Source: the human T2T-CHM13v2.0 reference genome, Homo sapiens
Strand: one strand, 5' to 3'
Assembly: GCF_009914755.1 (NCBI RefSeq)
Contig: NC_060926.1
Length of the DNA: 64,000 nucleotides
Shown: positions 26,700 through 40,873 of the stretch, piece by piece
Position numbering within the stretch: the stretch's first letter is position 1
Layout of the letters: the number at the start of each line of letters is the position of its first letter
Notes under the pieces: generated by a model
Told to the model about the DNA's origin: nothing
Database searches by the model: none
What the model saw: the letters and a program-made list of their open reading frames with translations, nothing else
Program-made: the position numbers and the translations under genes

Positions 26700-28260
26700 C
26701 AAGGTAAGATGAAGATAACAGTAGAAGATTAATTTAAAGAATTAAAACAACAACCATAACAAATTATATTTTAGGGTCATGGGAACGAACACTGCAGAAC
26801 CAGAAAAAGAAACTCTTCTGGAAAGATACAGAAGAATATGTCTTGGAAAATAATCTTCTAAAAGATGACACAGAAATTTTACAGACTGCATTTGTTTATT
26901 TTGTGACAAAAGAATAGACGCAGTGAAAAATCTAAATGGCTCACCTGTGTTATAGCACAGGTAAAATATTTTTTAAAGGAATATTGATCTAGATGATATG
27001 AAAACACAAGTGAGCAACCACTGAAGAAAATAGAAAATAAGAAATTATATTTTTAAATTAGCAGTTATTGAAGGAAATAGTTGGTTAGAGATGAAGAAAT
27101 CATAAATAGAAGAAATGGATGAAAGAATAAAGTCCCTAGCATGACAAACTTAGATTTTCAGATTGAAAAGTTTGAGTGTCAGATATACTAACTTAAAAAA
27201 AATTCACTTGTATCTTGCTGGAATTTATGAATTCATATGATAAAGAAAAATATATAAGAGAGGAGAGTTTATAAAAAAGAATTATGTATAAAAGAAAAAA
27301 AAATACCAACATAGGACTCAACTTCTCATCCGCAATACTAAAAGTTAGACGTAAGTGGGATTTACAGACCTAAGAAAAATAGCAGACTATATATTCTGAA
27401 AATTTCTCCAGCTACAGAACACCTGAAAATGCTTGATAAAATATAACAGTCTCTCTCTTTTCACACAAACACACAGACTTAAGTCTTAAGAAAATAAGAG
27501 AAAATTAGTCAGTACAAACTTGGGATAAAACTAGAGCTGCCCAGAAGATATTTGCTGACAAAACTCCTTAGGCCGACAATAGCTAGGGAGATGAAAGTGA
27601 CATTCCTAAGGACATTGCAATGCCTTCAGAACGCTACATTTAAAAAATGAGAGTAGAGGCAAAATGGTAGGCAATATAAAATAATGAAGAAATGAAAACA
27701 AATTTATAAACCCCATAGAATATAGAGAAGAGAGATAGCCGTGACACAGTGTGCATAATAGCTACCTCAGAAGAAGAGAAATATAAATTAAAACGGGGAA
27801 TATCTGAAGACATAGTGACACTTTTTTCCGAATTAAAAACCGATGGAAAATTACAGATTGAATGTGCTCATAGAATTACAAATAGGAGGGATAAGGCAAA
27901 ATTCGACCTATATACATTGTATTATTGTAAAAGACTACAGCAGACAAATTTAATTCCAAGTTTAAAGAGACAATATACATCAACTACAGAAGAACAATAT
28001 CCAGATTTATAAAAGAATTTTGAACACTATGCTAGATGTAAAAAAATAATAAAATGATAGTTTTAAAGTATTCAAGAAATGCACATTATTCTGCAGTTCT
28101 ATATTTAGTCAAATCACCATTCAAATGTTATCGTATACCCCAAATATGCACAAACATTCAAGCCCTCAGAGTCTTTACCGCACAAAGACCCACATTAAAA
28201 AATTTAGGATAAGATACTCAAAGATTAAAAGCATAAAATAATCCAGGATACAGTCAAAGT
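26700..28260 (+). mobile_element. Ancient L1ME/HAL1 ORF1-region fragments
   Basis: A-rich; the frame at 27749-28012 (IIATSEEE...ISEDIVTLFSELK...LQIECAHRI) resembles the L1 ORF1p segment IIGVPEGEE...IFEEII.ENFP.L...QIQEAQR; acttctcatccgcaatactaaaagttagacg. Confidence 0.6.
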
Positions 28261-28449
28261 TTTGGGTGGGGAATAAAGCTAAACTCTGGTAAGTTTATTT
28301 TTGTTAAAAAGAAAGAAGAGAAATGGAGCGGGGGTGGGAGCTAGTAAAAGGATATTCAGATAATGAGAGATTGGGGAGGGGCGTTAAAATATGCCCAATA
28401 ATTTTAGTCCAACTAAAATATTGTGCTACCTAAAAGCCTGGCGTTAGAC

Positions 28450-30992
28450 TTCCCTTCAGTGTTGTCGTTAACTATCATTGAGTCATTCTTCTTAATTTCT
28501 CAAGAATTTGTTTCTGGATCACTGTCTTTCTAATATGACTCCTACCTTTATTCTCAGTGGTTTTGATAATACACATGGGTGATCCTCCCAACACTCTAGT
28601 CTCTCATTTCCTTCAACTCTCCTTAAATGGTGGTGTCCATCAATCACTTTCGACCATATGTTCTCAACGTCATATCATAGAATTGTCATTCTCCAGTTAC
28701 TATAATCCTTCCACAAATTTCATTTGGTGCATCTCACTCATGTCCACAAACCCATATATATTTTTCTCACATCTTCTACTGTCTTAACAAAATCCTTTTC
28801 CCACTAACACCACCGATCTATTTATCTCACTACCTTTTCACCATCCTGATTCTTTTCTATATACTGAACTTAACTTCCATGGTCCAGCATCATAATCACT
28901 TCCATGAAAACACCCTCCATTTCACCACTCTCAGATTGGCTCATGCATCATCATGCTCACTTCCTAAAATCACAACTCTGATTAAATATAATTCAGCCTA
29001 CTCCACACCCACACCCATGTAACTGAATGTGGCTATGGGAAAAAAAAGTCATATTGACATTCCCACTTTAACTCATGACCACGATCATGAAGTGGTCTCT
29101 AAATGTACACTATACCATATTTTTCTAACCATATATTTTATCATTTCCCTAGATAATTATTTTACCTTTCCATATCTTAAAATCCTATAATACATGTTCT
29201 CCATGCTTACTCTCAGCTGATGAACTTTTCTTACTTTACTGAAAAAAAATGAAATAATCAGAAGAAAACTTCCACAAACTCCCACAACTTCATTTACGAA
29301 CCCTCCACCATCTGTACCCAAATTATCTACCTTCCCACCTGTTACTATAGTGAACCATCTGTGCTCTATATGAAGCCAATATCTCCACTTATATACTAGA
29401 TCTCATCCCTTCTCAGTAACTTAAAGAAGTGGCTCCAAAGATTCTTTCCTGTCTCATACTTTGTTAATTTTTCCTCTTTATTATATAATTTCCATCAAAA
29501 TAGAGCTATGCTATTTTTCCAATTTTATACAGTATTAATATGGCAATATTTTTCTACCTTTCTACCAGGTTATGTTCCACTTCTATGCTCCTGTCTGCAG
29601 GAAAACTTTTAAGGATAAATTTCTTTACTCATTGTTTCTAATACTTGTATTCTAATTTTCTCCTAAACCCATTCAAATCAGGCTTTTCTTCCACCATTCC
29701 ATTGTTCATACCCAGGTCATCCATAACCTTTCAATTACTACATTAAATGGCTAATTTTAAGTAGTCTTATTTGAACCATTGGTAAAATGTTATCATGCTT
29801 TCCTCATTTTTATATCTGATTTCTAATATGCCACACTCATGTGGTTGTGTTTCTACCTTACTTATTTTTTCTTCTTAAACAACTTTTCTTCTTTGTCAAT
29901 GTTAAGGATTCTGTCTCAAGATTCACTCCCATGATTCAGTCCTTGATTCTCTCCTCTGATTTAACTACATTAACTCCTTCTGTGATCTCTAAAAACCACC
30001 TAAATTCTGCTCACTCCCTAATTTACACTGAAAGCTCATGTTTATTTTCTAACCCTAGATTCATACCCAGCTTTCTTCTCAACATCTCCAGTTGGAAACC
30101 TAACAAACATTGCCATTTCAAATCCAAGTTGAACTTTTTGTTTTTGCCTCTCAAATTTATTCCATGCATGATCTTCTTATCTGAGCTTATGACAACACAT
30201 ATTCTAACTGTCCTATCTTAATATCTGATCATTTTTCATCACATAACAAATCCACTATTCCAGGAAATACTGGTTCATCTACCCTCACAATATAATCATA
30301 TTATTTCTTAGACATTGAATTAACATCTTGGTACTTCCCACACATCATCATCTCTCAGGTAATGTTTATTTTTGCAATAAATTCTTGTTTGCTTATCTCT
30401 AACAATTTCCTCTTCAGTCCATACCTAAAAATAACAGAATGATCCTTTTAACATATAAACCTGATTTTGCTTTTCCTTCATTTAAAATCACCTAACGGTT
30501 CTGCATCTTGCTCAAGTTAAAAGACAAAATACACACAGTAGCACACAAGGACTTGTGCAAGACTCCACTGCCCTTATTTTCTTAGAGCTTACATTTTACT
30601 ACTCCCCATTACATGCTCACTACTCACACACTTTGTCTCCGTTTCTTTTCAAACACACTATGCACCATCTTGTCTATAGACCTGCATATTTCCCCAGTCT
30701 AGTAAAATTTTACTCCAGATATCATCATGGAAAATTTCCTAGCCTCCTTAAATCTTTGCTAAAATGTTACCTCCTCAATGGGCTTATTCTGATCAACATA
30801 TTTTACACCGCATTCTATGAGTTCTACATCCCTGTATTATTTTCCATAACTCTGATCATTCTAATATTTTATGATTCAGTTATTAATGATGATTATTGTT
30901 TGTGTCTGTTTTATGCATTGACATTTCTAAGTAAAATTATTGTGCCTGGAATTTGGTAGGCTTTCAAGACATATTTATTAAATGAATGAATA
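28450..30992 (+). mobile_element. L2a LINE, ~2.5 kb including 3' end
   Basis: C/T-rich L2 motifs: tactctcagctgatga, aaatcaggcttttcttccaccattcc, ctcaacatctccagttgga; 3' end gtgcctggaatttggtaggct...ttaaatgaatgaataa. Confidence 0.88.
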
Positions 30993-31419
30993 AATATAAG
31001 ATTGAAAATAAAAAGATGGAAAACAATTATACCAGCTGAAAAAGAACTGAAATTCAATCCAAGATGAACACACAGGAAAAAATATATATTATGATAAATT
31101 GTCAGGACAAAAAAATAGAAAAACTGTAGATCACACACACACAATGGAAACTGATTCTATTGATTGTTAATTTCAGCTGCAGATATTTTTATGATAGAAA
31201 ATTATCATTGTATTTCTTTTTTCCCAAGGTCCCTAATATTTGAGATAGATATCTCATCTTCCAAAGTCCTTTCAGTATTGTTTCTTAGATTTTATCTATC
31301 AATGTTCTTATCAAATTGAGCAATATGAATAATTTCAATCCCTCATTCTCTTCTATTTTTTGAAAGCACTTATCTCCTTCTAACCTACTAAACAAATCAA
31401 ATATTGTGCTAAATATCAT

Positions 31420-31488
31420 TTTCCCTCTCCCTTATCTAAAATGTAGGTTTCATGAGGGTAGGTAATTTTGTACCTATTGTATTCCATA

Positions 31489-31534
<46 letters not shown>

Positions 31535-31835
31535 AGATGGAATCTCACTCTGTCACCTAGGCTGGAGTGAAATGGCGTGGTCTTGGCTCACTGCAACCTT
31601 CGGCTTCCAGGTTCAAGCAATTCTCCTGCCTCAGACTCCTGGGTAGCTGAGACTACAGGTGCATGACACCACGCCCAGCTAATTTTTGTATTTTCAGTAG
31701 AGACAGGGTTTCACTATGTTGGACAGACTGGTCTTGTACTCCTGACCTTGTGATCTGCCCACCTCAGCCCCCATAGACATTTAATTGTGCCAGGCACATA
31801 GTAGGTGCTGAATAAAAATATGCTGACTAAGTAAA
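31420..31835 (+). mobile_element. L2 3' end fragment interrupted by an Alu
   Basis: aatgtaggtttcatgagggtagg...gtgccaggcacatagtaggtgctgaataaa. Confidence 0.65.
31493..31770 (-). mobile_element. AluS (Sg/Sc-like), missing ~35 bp of its 5' end, with T41 tail
   Basis: gagatggaatctcactctgtcacc...ctcctgaccttgtgatctgcccacctcagcc; degenerate TSD ccatagcccttt / ccatagacattt. Confidence 0.93.
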
Positions 31836-32364
31836 TTATGTATTATATTTCCAGTTATTGAACCTTGAATTTCTAGGATATTTCATTCTTTGAGGATGAT
31901 AACTTATTTTGTTAATGTGTTGTTTAATAACATTTACTTACATACATTGCTATTTAAAAATCAATATTCTTATAAATTATGGGTCTATTGCTTTCATTCA
32001 CAGCACTGTCATTATTAGAAAGTTGTATTATAACTATTAATAATACTGAATGTTTTGAGAACTTCTTTCTATGCTCTGATTAATTTTAAGTTTAGGAACT
32101 TGTTTCCGTGCATGAAACTTTTAGTGGCTTAATAATTCAAACTTAGGATATCTCATCACAAACATTTTGGCGCTAATACATTTGCTAATGGCCTCACAAC
32201 ATGAAACTTAGAAAACATAGTTTTCACTTGTATAATAAGATCTAAACTTAATTATCAAATTGAATTCAGCTGATTATATGGAGTTAAAATATTGTATATT
32301 AATAAGCATTATTTATTTTGATATGATTTAATAACAACAAAATGAATTAAGTATATAATACCAG

Positions 32365-32979
32365 TGTAAACCAAAAATAAAATTCTAAGCTGCCCAGACA
32401 TTGGAAAGGCCCTCTTTTCTCCTCAAAGGGCATTCCAAAGTTAACCTGAAAAACTAGTTCAGGACATAATGGCAAAGGGGAGCTGGACATGCCTTATTAT
32501 AACCTCCTCTCATTTAGAATTACTGATAGAACGGACTCTTTAAGTCTGATAAATATTTACAATCTAATCTCTGAAGTCAGCTACCTGGATGCTTCATCTG
32601 CATGATAAAACCTTGGTCTCCACAACCCCTTTATCTTAACACAGACATTCCTTTCTATTGAATCTAAGTCTTTAGGCAGTTACTTGACTCTTTCAACCAA
32701 CTGCCAATGAGAAAATCTTTGAATCTACTTATGACCTGAAATCCCCCCACTTCCAGTTGTCCTGCGTTTCCAGACCAAACCAAGGTACACCTTACATGTA
32801 TTGATTGATGTCTTTTGTCTCCCTAAAATGTATAAAACTAGGCTGTACTTGCCCCAGTCACCTGGGGCACATGTTCTCAGGGTCTCTGAAGGGCTGTGTC
32901 ATGGGTCATGGGTCATTCATATTTGGCTTAGAATAAATATCTTCAAATATTTTACAGAGTATGACTCTTCTCATCAACA
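32365..32979 (+). mobile_element. ERV1 solo LTR MER4 (MER4B-like)
   Basis: Starts tgtaaaccaaaaataaaattctaagc, contains ccaaagttaacctgaaaaactagttcagg, ends ttttacagagtatgactcttctcatcaaca. Confidence 0.92.
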
Positions 32980-35900
32980 CTCTTTTTCTATTTCTTGAAT
33001 AGAAAAACATTTTTTATGAAGAAACTAGACACATAATTTATTTTTATTACAAAACAACTGAACTTAGGAGTTATTGAATCTAAAGTATTTTTGTGTGTGT
33101 TTGTGTGTAGGTATGATACATATATATGTATGTGTGGGTGACTACATTTGTAGCTACATTTGAAAACAATGAGGAAATATGCATAGTTTCTTTTATTCTA
33201 GCATTGAAACTAGATTAAGGGCAAAGTGTAAAGTCATCTGCTAAATCACATGTAATGAACTGGGGCCTGGTAACAGGAATGAGTGTGGCATGATGAAAGA
33301 GCATGAGGAAAGTCAATGAGTCCAGGGCACAGTGAGATAATGTGAGGGTTGTATAAGATTTTAAAGGTAAGTTGGGATCAGATTATACAGGGCCTTGGAG
33401 ACCACGACAAACCCTTCTACTGTTTCTTCCAGTGTTATTTATCATCTCAATTACAAATTATTTTTTCATATAATTAACAAACAAAATAGGTGTACAGTAA
33501 CACTTATATTTAAAATATATACTCACTGTTAGTTTTACCTTGAGATTTCCTAGGTAAGTATAAATACTTACTAAAATTTTATAATATATTGACTTACAAT
33601 ATCACTCTTACATCAAAGCAAAATGAAATACTTTTCTACAACTTAGCTACATTCAAGTAATAATAAACTTGCTGCATATCAAAAGAGGCAGTTCTCAAGA
33701 ACAGATTGTTTTTACTAAAATATGGTTCAAATTCAAATTTTATTTTTATTCCAAAAATTCTATATATTTTATAATTTTGAATAAGTTTTAAGCAATTAAA
33801 TACCAGGTGACGTAGTAAATGATATGCTATCCCTTGTTTCAATTGTGCTTATAGTAAACCATTAACATATAGAAGTAAAATTTTATAATGGTACATATTT
33901 TGTATTGCTTAGTCCCTTGTATGACTAAGGAAAATCTTTAGGAAAAGATGGAAGGTAGTGAATACAAAATAAATGTAGTGTCTATGATCCAGGAAGATGA
34001 ATTAAATCTCAATTGTAAAATGCTCATTATTTACATGTCAAATAATATGTTTCTCCAGAAAACTCTAATTAATTAAAACTTTATAATTTAAAGACGATCT
34101 ATTGAACATATATTTGCCTTACATGTAAAAGCAAGGTGAAATATAAAATGTCGTAATCTTTTTATATTTTTTAAGCATGCAGATAAATAAATTTATATCT
34201 CACTTCTAATGTGCTAACAGCAGAGATTTATAATATCAGGAAAGTGAGATCTAATTCAATTCCTTTCCCAAAATATGTAGAGATGAATCATGAGTCAAGA
34301 CAATATAGAAAATGTACAAATAATATAATTTTTAAATTTATATTTCAAAATTCTATATTCTAAAAATGCCAAATTATCTAAGAAATAAAAATAATTACAA
34401 TTTTTATGTTTCCAAAATGAGCCATCTGTCTTTCTGGGTAGTTTTTGGATTTAAAAGTATTCCTTTCTGCCCCAGTGAAATGTTGTGGCATTCCTTCTTT
34501 TAACATCAATAAAGAAAAATTTTAATAATGATATTAAAAGATTAAATTTTAATATGGATATTCCATTTGAGAACTAAGATTTATTTCATTTCATGTATCT
34601 CACAACTTCCAATAAAAATACTGCTCTTGACTCTAGCAAGAGAAAAAAGCACAAAAAACTAAATTTTTTCTATAGTAAAAGATATTGGAAGAAACTAGCA
34701 ATAACTTATAGTATGTCCTAAGTTGCAAAGTTGAAGTGTATATGTGCTGTCTCTTCTTTAAAACTTTTTTAGCAAAGATTGTGATTATACAAACACATTT
34801 TATTAACAGCTCTTTACAATGAACAATGCTTAAGTGTCCTGAGCAAATAAGTATCTAATTTATTTTTAACAATAATCAGGAATTCTGAATTATTTCACAC
34901 AGTTCAATTATGATATTATTGAATCAAATATTCATCATAGATTTAACTTTTAATCTAGTTCTATAGCCCTATTTTCAAATAAGACCTCTCCACTTGGATA
35001 CATCATTAAAATAATAAAACTTGGTGTGACAAAACATGAATATATTACCTTAATGTCCCCTTCCCCAAGCTTACATCTTCTCACTATTATGGAAAATAAG
35101 ACCATAGACTCAGAATTCAAAATATTTTATGGATAATTTTAATCATTTTTTTTAAACCTGCATTGCAGAAAGGAAAAATACTTCTCACTATTTGGGAGTT
35201 GGGAGTATCACACCCCTTACATAAAATTGAAGGCTGTCTTTTGCCCAGAGCACCACTGAAGACCATTTTTGAGAGAGAGTTTGTGAGCATCATGGGAAGA
35301 AGGCTTCATGACAGCCAGGTTGGGTGGAGTTTAATGTGTGTAGGAGGTGAGAGGAGACTCCCTGGCATTCAGGCAGAGAGATGCATGTGATATCCTGGAG
35401 GGAAGATGTCTTTGCAATAGTAAGTTAAGGAACTTCTCAAAAGCTCTTTAAAAGACATACTGATAACAAACTTTTGGGAAGGGTTGCAGTTTTTCAGCAT
35501 AAAACCTTCAGAAAACATTTATTCCCATAAAAGGATTATTTCCTCAATACCACTGCCTGTCAATATAGCCATTACTAAGGCTGCCTGTATCTTTCTCTTT
35601 CTTTTTTACTTTTCATAACCAAACTTCTGCTTTTTCCTTAATAAAACCGTATAGCATTGAGAATGTGTTAATTTTTTCCTTGTTTCTCTATCTTCAAGTC
35701 AACCAGGAATAAGCTTTTAATTGCACAGTTTTGTCCTGCTAAATCCCTTTAAATATACAGGATTTATATACACATAGATAGATAGATAGCCCTTAAAAAT
35801 ATGTGTACACCTGAATCTCTGAAATTATAAAATCCAAATTATATAGGCTTTTAAGTTTTGTATAAACAAAATTGCCAAATTCAAACTGAAGCGTGTATGA

Positions 35901-36289
35901 TATTTAATGTGTGGTGTTTTCAACATGCTGTTAATATATATATTTTAATTTTACCAAGATAATTTCTTCTTGTCACTTGCTGAAAGCTTCAAATCTAAGT
36001 ATAATAATTATGTTTTATGTGTTGAGATCACAGACTTCTCATCAACCCCATTTAAACTGTAACCCCCATCTTCATCAGCACACACCAAACAAAACAACTT
36101 CTTTGTTAAATATGTGTCTGATAATTTATTTTCTCAGTTTTTGGGAGTGAGTGAGAGAAGAAAAGGGAGGGAGAGGAAGGGAGAAAATGAAGGTAGGAGG
36201 AGGTAATATATGAATCTGCTTCCTTTGTCCCTCCATCCTAGGGTGGTAGCGATTCCTGCTCTTGTCAACAGTTTAATTATACTTTTAAT

Positions 36290-36685
36290 TAAACACAGTG
36301 GTGCAGCCTCCTGCTGGCTATCTGAGTGGGTTCCTAGGGCAGCTGTCTTCTGGCTGGTTTGATAAAGGAGACTATGGAAGGCAGGAAAAAGAGAGGGTAT
36401 TCTTTATTTTTCTCTGCCTTGAGTGGTATCTCTGGTACCAGCTTCATCTTCTCTGAGGCTCCAGCTCCCACTGAAAAACCTCACCATGGTTCTTGCTTTT
36501 ACCAAATGATGTCAATTTCTGGGTACTGAGCCTGCTTCCTTTTATCCTAGCGTAGCAGAGACTCCTGCTCTTGTCAACCTTATATTAACAATTCCCCAAC
36601 TGACATCTCAGTTCTTCCATTACTTGCGTAGCCAATTCTTTCTACTAAATCCACTCTATTTTGCTTACTGGAACTGATTGATAAG
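36290..36685 (+). mobile_element. ERVL LTR33-like LTR
   Basis: tatggaaggcaggaaaaagagagggtattc...aggctccagctccc...; end actggaactgattgata. Confidence 0.6.
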
Positions 36686-38680
36686 TGAGCATATCCCTGT
36701 GTTTAAATCTTGGCACACCCCTGCTATTATTTTTGTGTATGAACTCCTACAAGTTAATTGCTTCAAGGTAGTGCTTTGATATATATGACCAAACTATCAT
36801 CCAGAAGTTTTGTATTCAATAATAGTTTTAAGAGCATGCTCTAAGAATTCCTACACGCTTTCACTGGTGAAAAAATTAGCATCAAAAAATGAATGAAACA
36901 TTGTAATTTAATAGCTCAAACACGGCATTTCCTTCTTAATTTGTATTTATTTGGTTACTGGGAAGCTTACAAGAAATACTTGATACACTTTTATTAGATA
37001 ATTTAAGGTTTTCAATAAATCCTTACACATATACTAACTCTAAATTAAAGGTGGCAACATGTATCATAATTATATCACAGGTGCCTTCTCTCATATTTGA
37101 GGTTAATTATATCTCCTCGGCCTGCCCTTATGATTTTAGCGTACTATTACTTAGTGGTAGCAAGGGGTCTTCAAACTTGTCATCAGCTCCACCTTAAAAT
37201 TATAAATGGATATTTGAAGACTAAAACCTTAAAACATTTAATACATTTAATAAAGAGGAGAAAAATCAGTAATCTGATAGACTATTGTAATAGACTGAGG
37301 TGCATAACTGTTTAAAATTGTAGCTTATTAAAGAAGTAACATGACTATTTTAGACTCCAGAAAACACAGTTAAAGAAATAAATCAGCCAGTTCTAAGTAG
37401 AAGAAATCCATTCCTAACAATGTTGTTATTTGAGTTTTGTGGGTTCATTTTCACTCAATACATGAAGAAAAATTTTGAGAAAATTTTATGGGTGTGTACA
37501 TCTACTTATATTAAAACATGCATATTACCTATGATATTTTACGTGTATGTGTTATATGTATAATATATATGGCAGCTTCTTTGACCAGCTAAATAATCCA
37601 TTAACTTATTTTTAATTATTCTAACATTTATTCCTACCTTAGATCTGAGTAGGCTACTCATTAGAACATTATTTTACTAAAATAAATAAATACATAAAAG
37701 AATTGTCCTTTGTTATGTGATATCATCAACTTATAATGTAATGCTCTAAAGTTTCTTCTTCTTGCTACAGCATGAATGAGGTGGAGGGGGCTCTCAATCA
37801 CTCAGTGTCCTCTTTATGAAGCTTCCTAAGGAAATCCTTGCCTGGATTTGTACTAAGAACATTCACGCTTCTGGGCAATGGATCTATTTCAGCTTGCGAA
37901 CAACAAACTCTATGACTGAAGAAACCTCCCATTCTATGTTGCCTGGGCGAAATCTTAATCAACTTTGTGGCCCATCTATAACAATGTTGTAGACTCAGAA
38001 TAAAGTATTGAACATCTTCCCTGGTTCAATTTGATCTATCCAACGTTATTAGTTTTATCTACCTTTGGTGTATTGCTGTGTGCCAGGTATCTGCATAATC
38101 CACTTGTTGAAAGAGAATGCATTTACATTGCTTAATCACATATGTTGTAACTATACGATCAAATTATATACAAGCAAAACAATGGTTCGACAACTTTCAT
38201 CATAAAGGGTTTGCATGCAAGACGTTAAATTTCTAGGTTATTTATTTAATTTTAAAATATCTATATACTTTTTTTCTGCTTTTTTTAAAATAAGTATAAC
38301 TCAAATATTCATACAGTTTCTCTAGTTCTGGAATCCCATCTGTTTTTTATTCAGAAAGGGATTCAGAAGAAAGGCCAGAAAATGAAAGTATCATAACAGA
38401 CAGACACAGAGCTTATTTAAGCTTGAATTGTAATAAAAATATTTTTAACTAAATAAAAATGACTGTTGAAATAGCTTACCAAAATGTAACAGGAATCAAA
38501 GTTTTGCATCTGTTGACATATTCTTCCACCTGTGAATTTAAACTGGCTGTGTAACAACTCAATCCTAGGAAATATCTTTTTTCTTTATAAAAGTAAGACT
38601 ATGATTTTAAGAAATTGTTGGCCTATAAACTGTTCTCTGGACTATCCTACACAGGGTGAGTTGAAAAACATTGTATAAAG

Positions 38681-38912
38681 TAGGGTTAAGCAAACTTTTT
38701 TCTGTAAGGGGCCAGATAATAAGTATTTGAAGATTTGCTGGCCATATGGTCTCTTTAACAACTACTCAAATTTGTTTTTATAGTATGAAAACACCCTTAG
38801 ACAGTGGGTAAACAAATAGGCATAAATGGGCATACCTGTACTTTAATAAAGCTTTATTTACAAAACAAGCGGTGGTCTATATTTGGTTCTAGGTCCACAG
38901 TTTTCTGAGCAC
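38681..38912 (+). mobile_element. MER58A hAT-Charlie MITE
   Basis: gcaaactttttctgtaaggggccagataataagtattt...ggccatatggtctct...aataaagctttatttacaaaacaagcgg. Confidence 0.85.
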
Positions 38913-40514
38913 AAATAAATAAAAGTCTCCCATAATTCATATTAAATCTTATTTTAATTTATTGGAAGATATGGGGAAATACAAAAAAGCACAAACAATG
39001 AAAATGAAGTAGATTATACCCCTAAGAAATAATTGATGTCAATGTCTTGGTATTTTTAGTTTATGGACTTTTAGTTTTTCTATCATGCAGAAATGTAATA
39101 TTATAATAAGTATTTGTTGATATGCATATACTCAATCAGTTACCGTTTTAAAATATATATATCATTACGTTTTGACTCAATAAAGAAAGAGAATCATATT
39201 TGTGTTTTGAAAATGCCTGCCCAAGTTACCTTGGTAACTTCAAGCCCTTTTTTCCCAAGAGTTGAAATAAGTTCTTATAGGGTCTTATATTTCTACTTCA
39301 TTTTAATCAACATCATCATAACCATGACGAAATTGCTTATCAAACAGTTAATGCTAAAACACATTCCACAGAGCAGTTTATGAGTATAGATTTTTAATAT
39401 GGTAACAGATCAACTACCAAGCAAGAGATATTAGCTGGCCATTATAAACATAGCTACAAAACAACTTATCCCCGTAATTCTCAAGTCTCAGAGGTATGGG
39501 ATGTGAAATTCATATGCTCAGCTATTTCAGAAAGGATAAATATAGTGTTCTCAAGGACATAGCTACCAGAAATATTTTAAATGCTTGTAATATTCCCTTT
39601 AATTCAGTACTCTTTACAGAAGTTATAAAATTGCTGTTTATTATTTATGAGGTTTCGATTTCATTTCTCATTCATCCTTCTATCTAGATAGGAAAATACA
39701 GGGCGAAGAGTTGACATCTTTACTCCTCACCTGTGTGAACACAGCCTAATCCCCTGTTTAAAGGGGTCTGGAGAGTTGTCAATTACTGGGCCTTGACAAT
39801 GGAAGTAGTCTGGAAGTCTGTTGTAAGTTCTATTTGCACGGATTTTCATGGAAGTAGTATTCAAGATTTGATGCTTTTTAAGATCCGTAAACTAGTCAGG
39901 GTCTGGTCAACAATGGTAAAATTAAAAAGCAAGTGAAATAGCCTAAATCAGAGGGATATCTTTTGCCACCAAAAATAAAAAGGTTTGAAGTGGTTCTAAA
40001 AAATACTTTGGAACTTTTCATTAGAAGATAAAATAGTATTTCATTGCTTCATCAATATATGGAAAATGTCTCTCACAACACCCACTCAAAGGAGCAGTTA
40101 CGGTCCTTATCTGTGTTTTTCTAACTGCTAAGATAAAGTAAAAACATTTTGGAGGAAAAAAAACAAAAATCTTGCAATGGATAGATTTAGAATTGGTTAT
40201 ATCGTGGATGTCCGGGAGGAGCTGTAGTGAGGACATGGTCACATGCTGAGTAGAAGGAAATAGCCTACAGCTAAATGTTTCTGCCACCTAAATCCCAGAG
40301 TAGCAATGGGTTAACAGCAAAGCTCCTGACTCTGATGGTATCTCCAGAACATGTAATATCTTTCTATTTTCAGTCATAATTTTGCTCTGGGTCTAATGAA
40401 ATCAATCTCACCTTGATAATTTAGGTTTAAGAGTTTTCCTGGCTGAGTTATAAACTTTGTAATAGCCTTTCTAAAAGATGCATTCCGGTATATTACTCTA
40501 AATCACTCCTTGAT

Positions 40515-40865
40515 TTTATTCAGTTCAAAATGTTAATTGTTCCTGCCATGGCCATGGTATGCTTTGTAGAGGATGTAGAAATTTTTAAGTGTAGACCCTG
40601 CCCTCAGAGAACTTACAAGAATGTGGGAAGGAGACAGATTCAACAACAATCCTAACATAAAGCAGAGTGTGGTCAATGCCTTAATGAAAATTCAAAGACC
40701 TAGAGACCTGGGAAGAATGAGCTCACATTTGGCACAACAGATCAGGAAAGAACATGAGAGTGGAGATGACAATGGTGAATGGAAAGATATTGACATGGTA
40801 AATATTGTGTTGAACAAATTTGCTGAGGCAGGGAAACCTATGCTATGTTCAAACCCTATAAGCAA
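40515..40865 (-). mobile_element. L2 fragment (host of the adjacent L1)
   Basis: accctgccctcagagaacttacaagaatgtgggaaggagacaga. Confidence 0.5.
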
Positions 40866-40873
40866 TTCAGTTT

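Noticed and set aside
35160-35660. Possible ancient LTR (purine-rich block with late AATAAA)
   Set aside because: Could not assign a family or boundaries with confidence.
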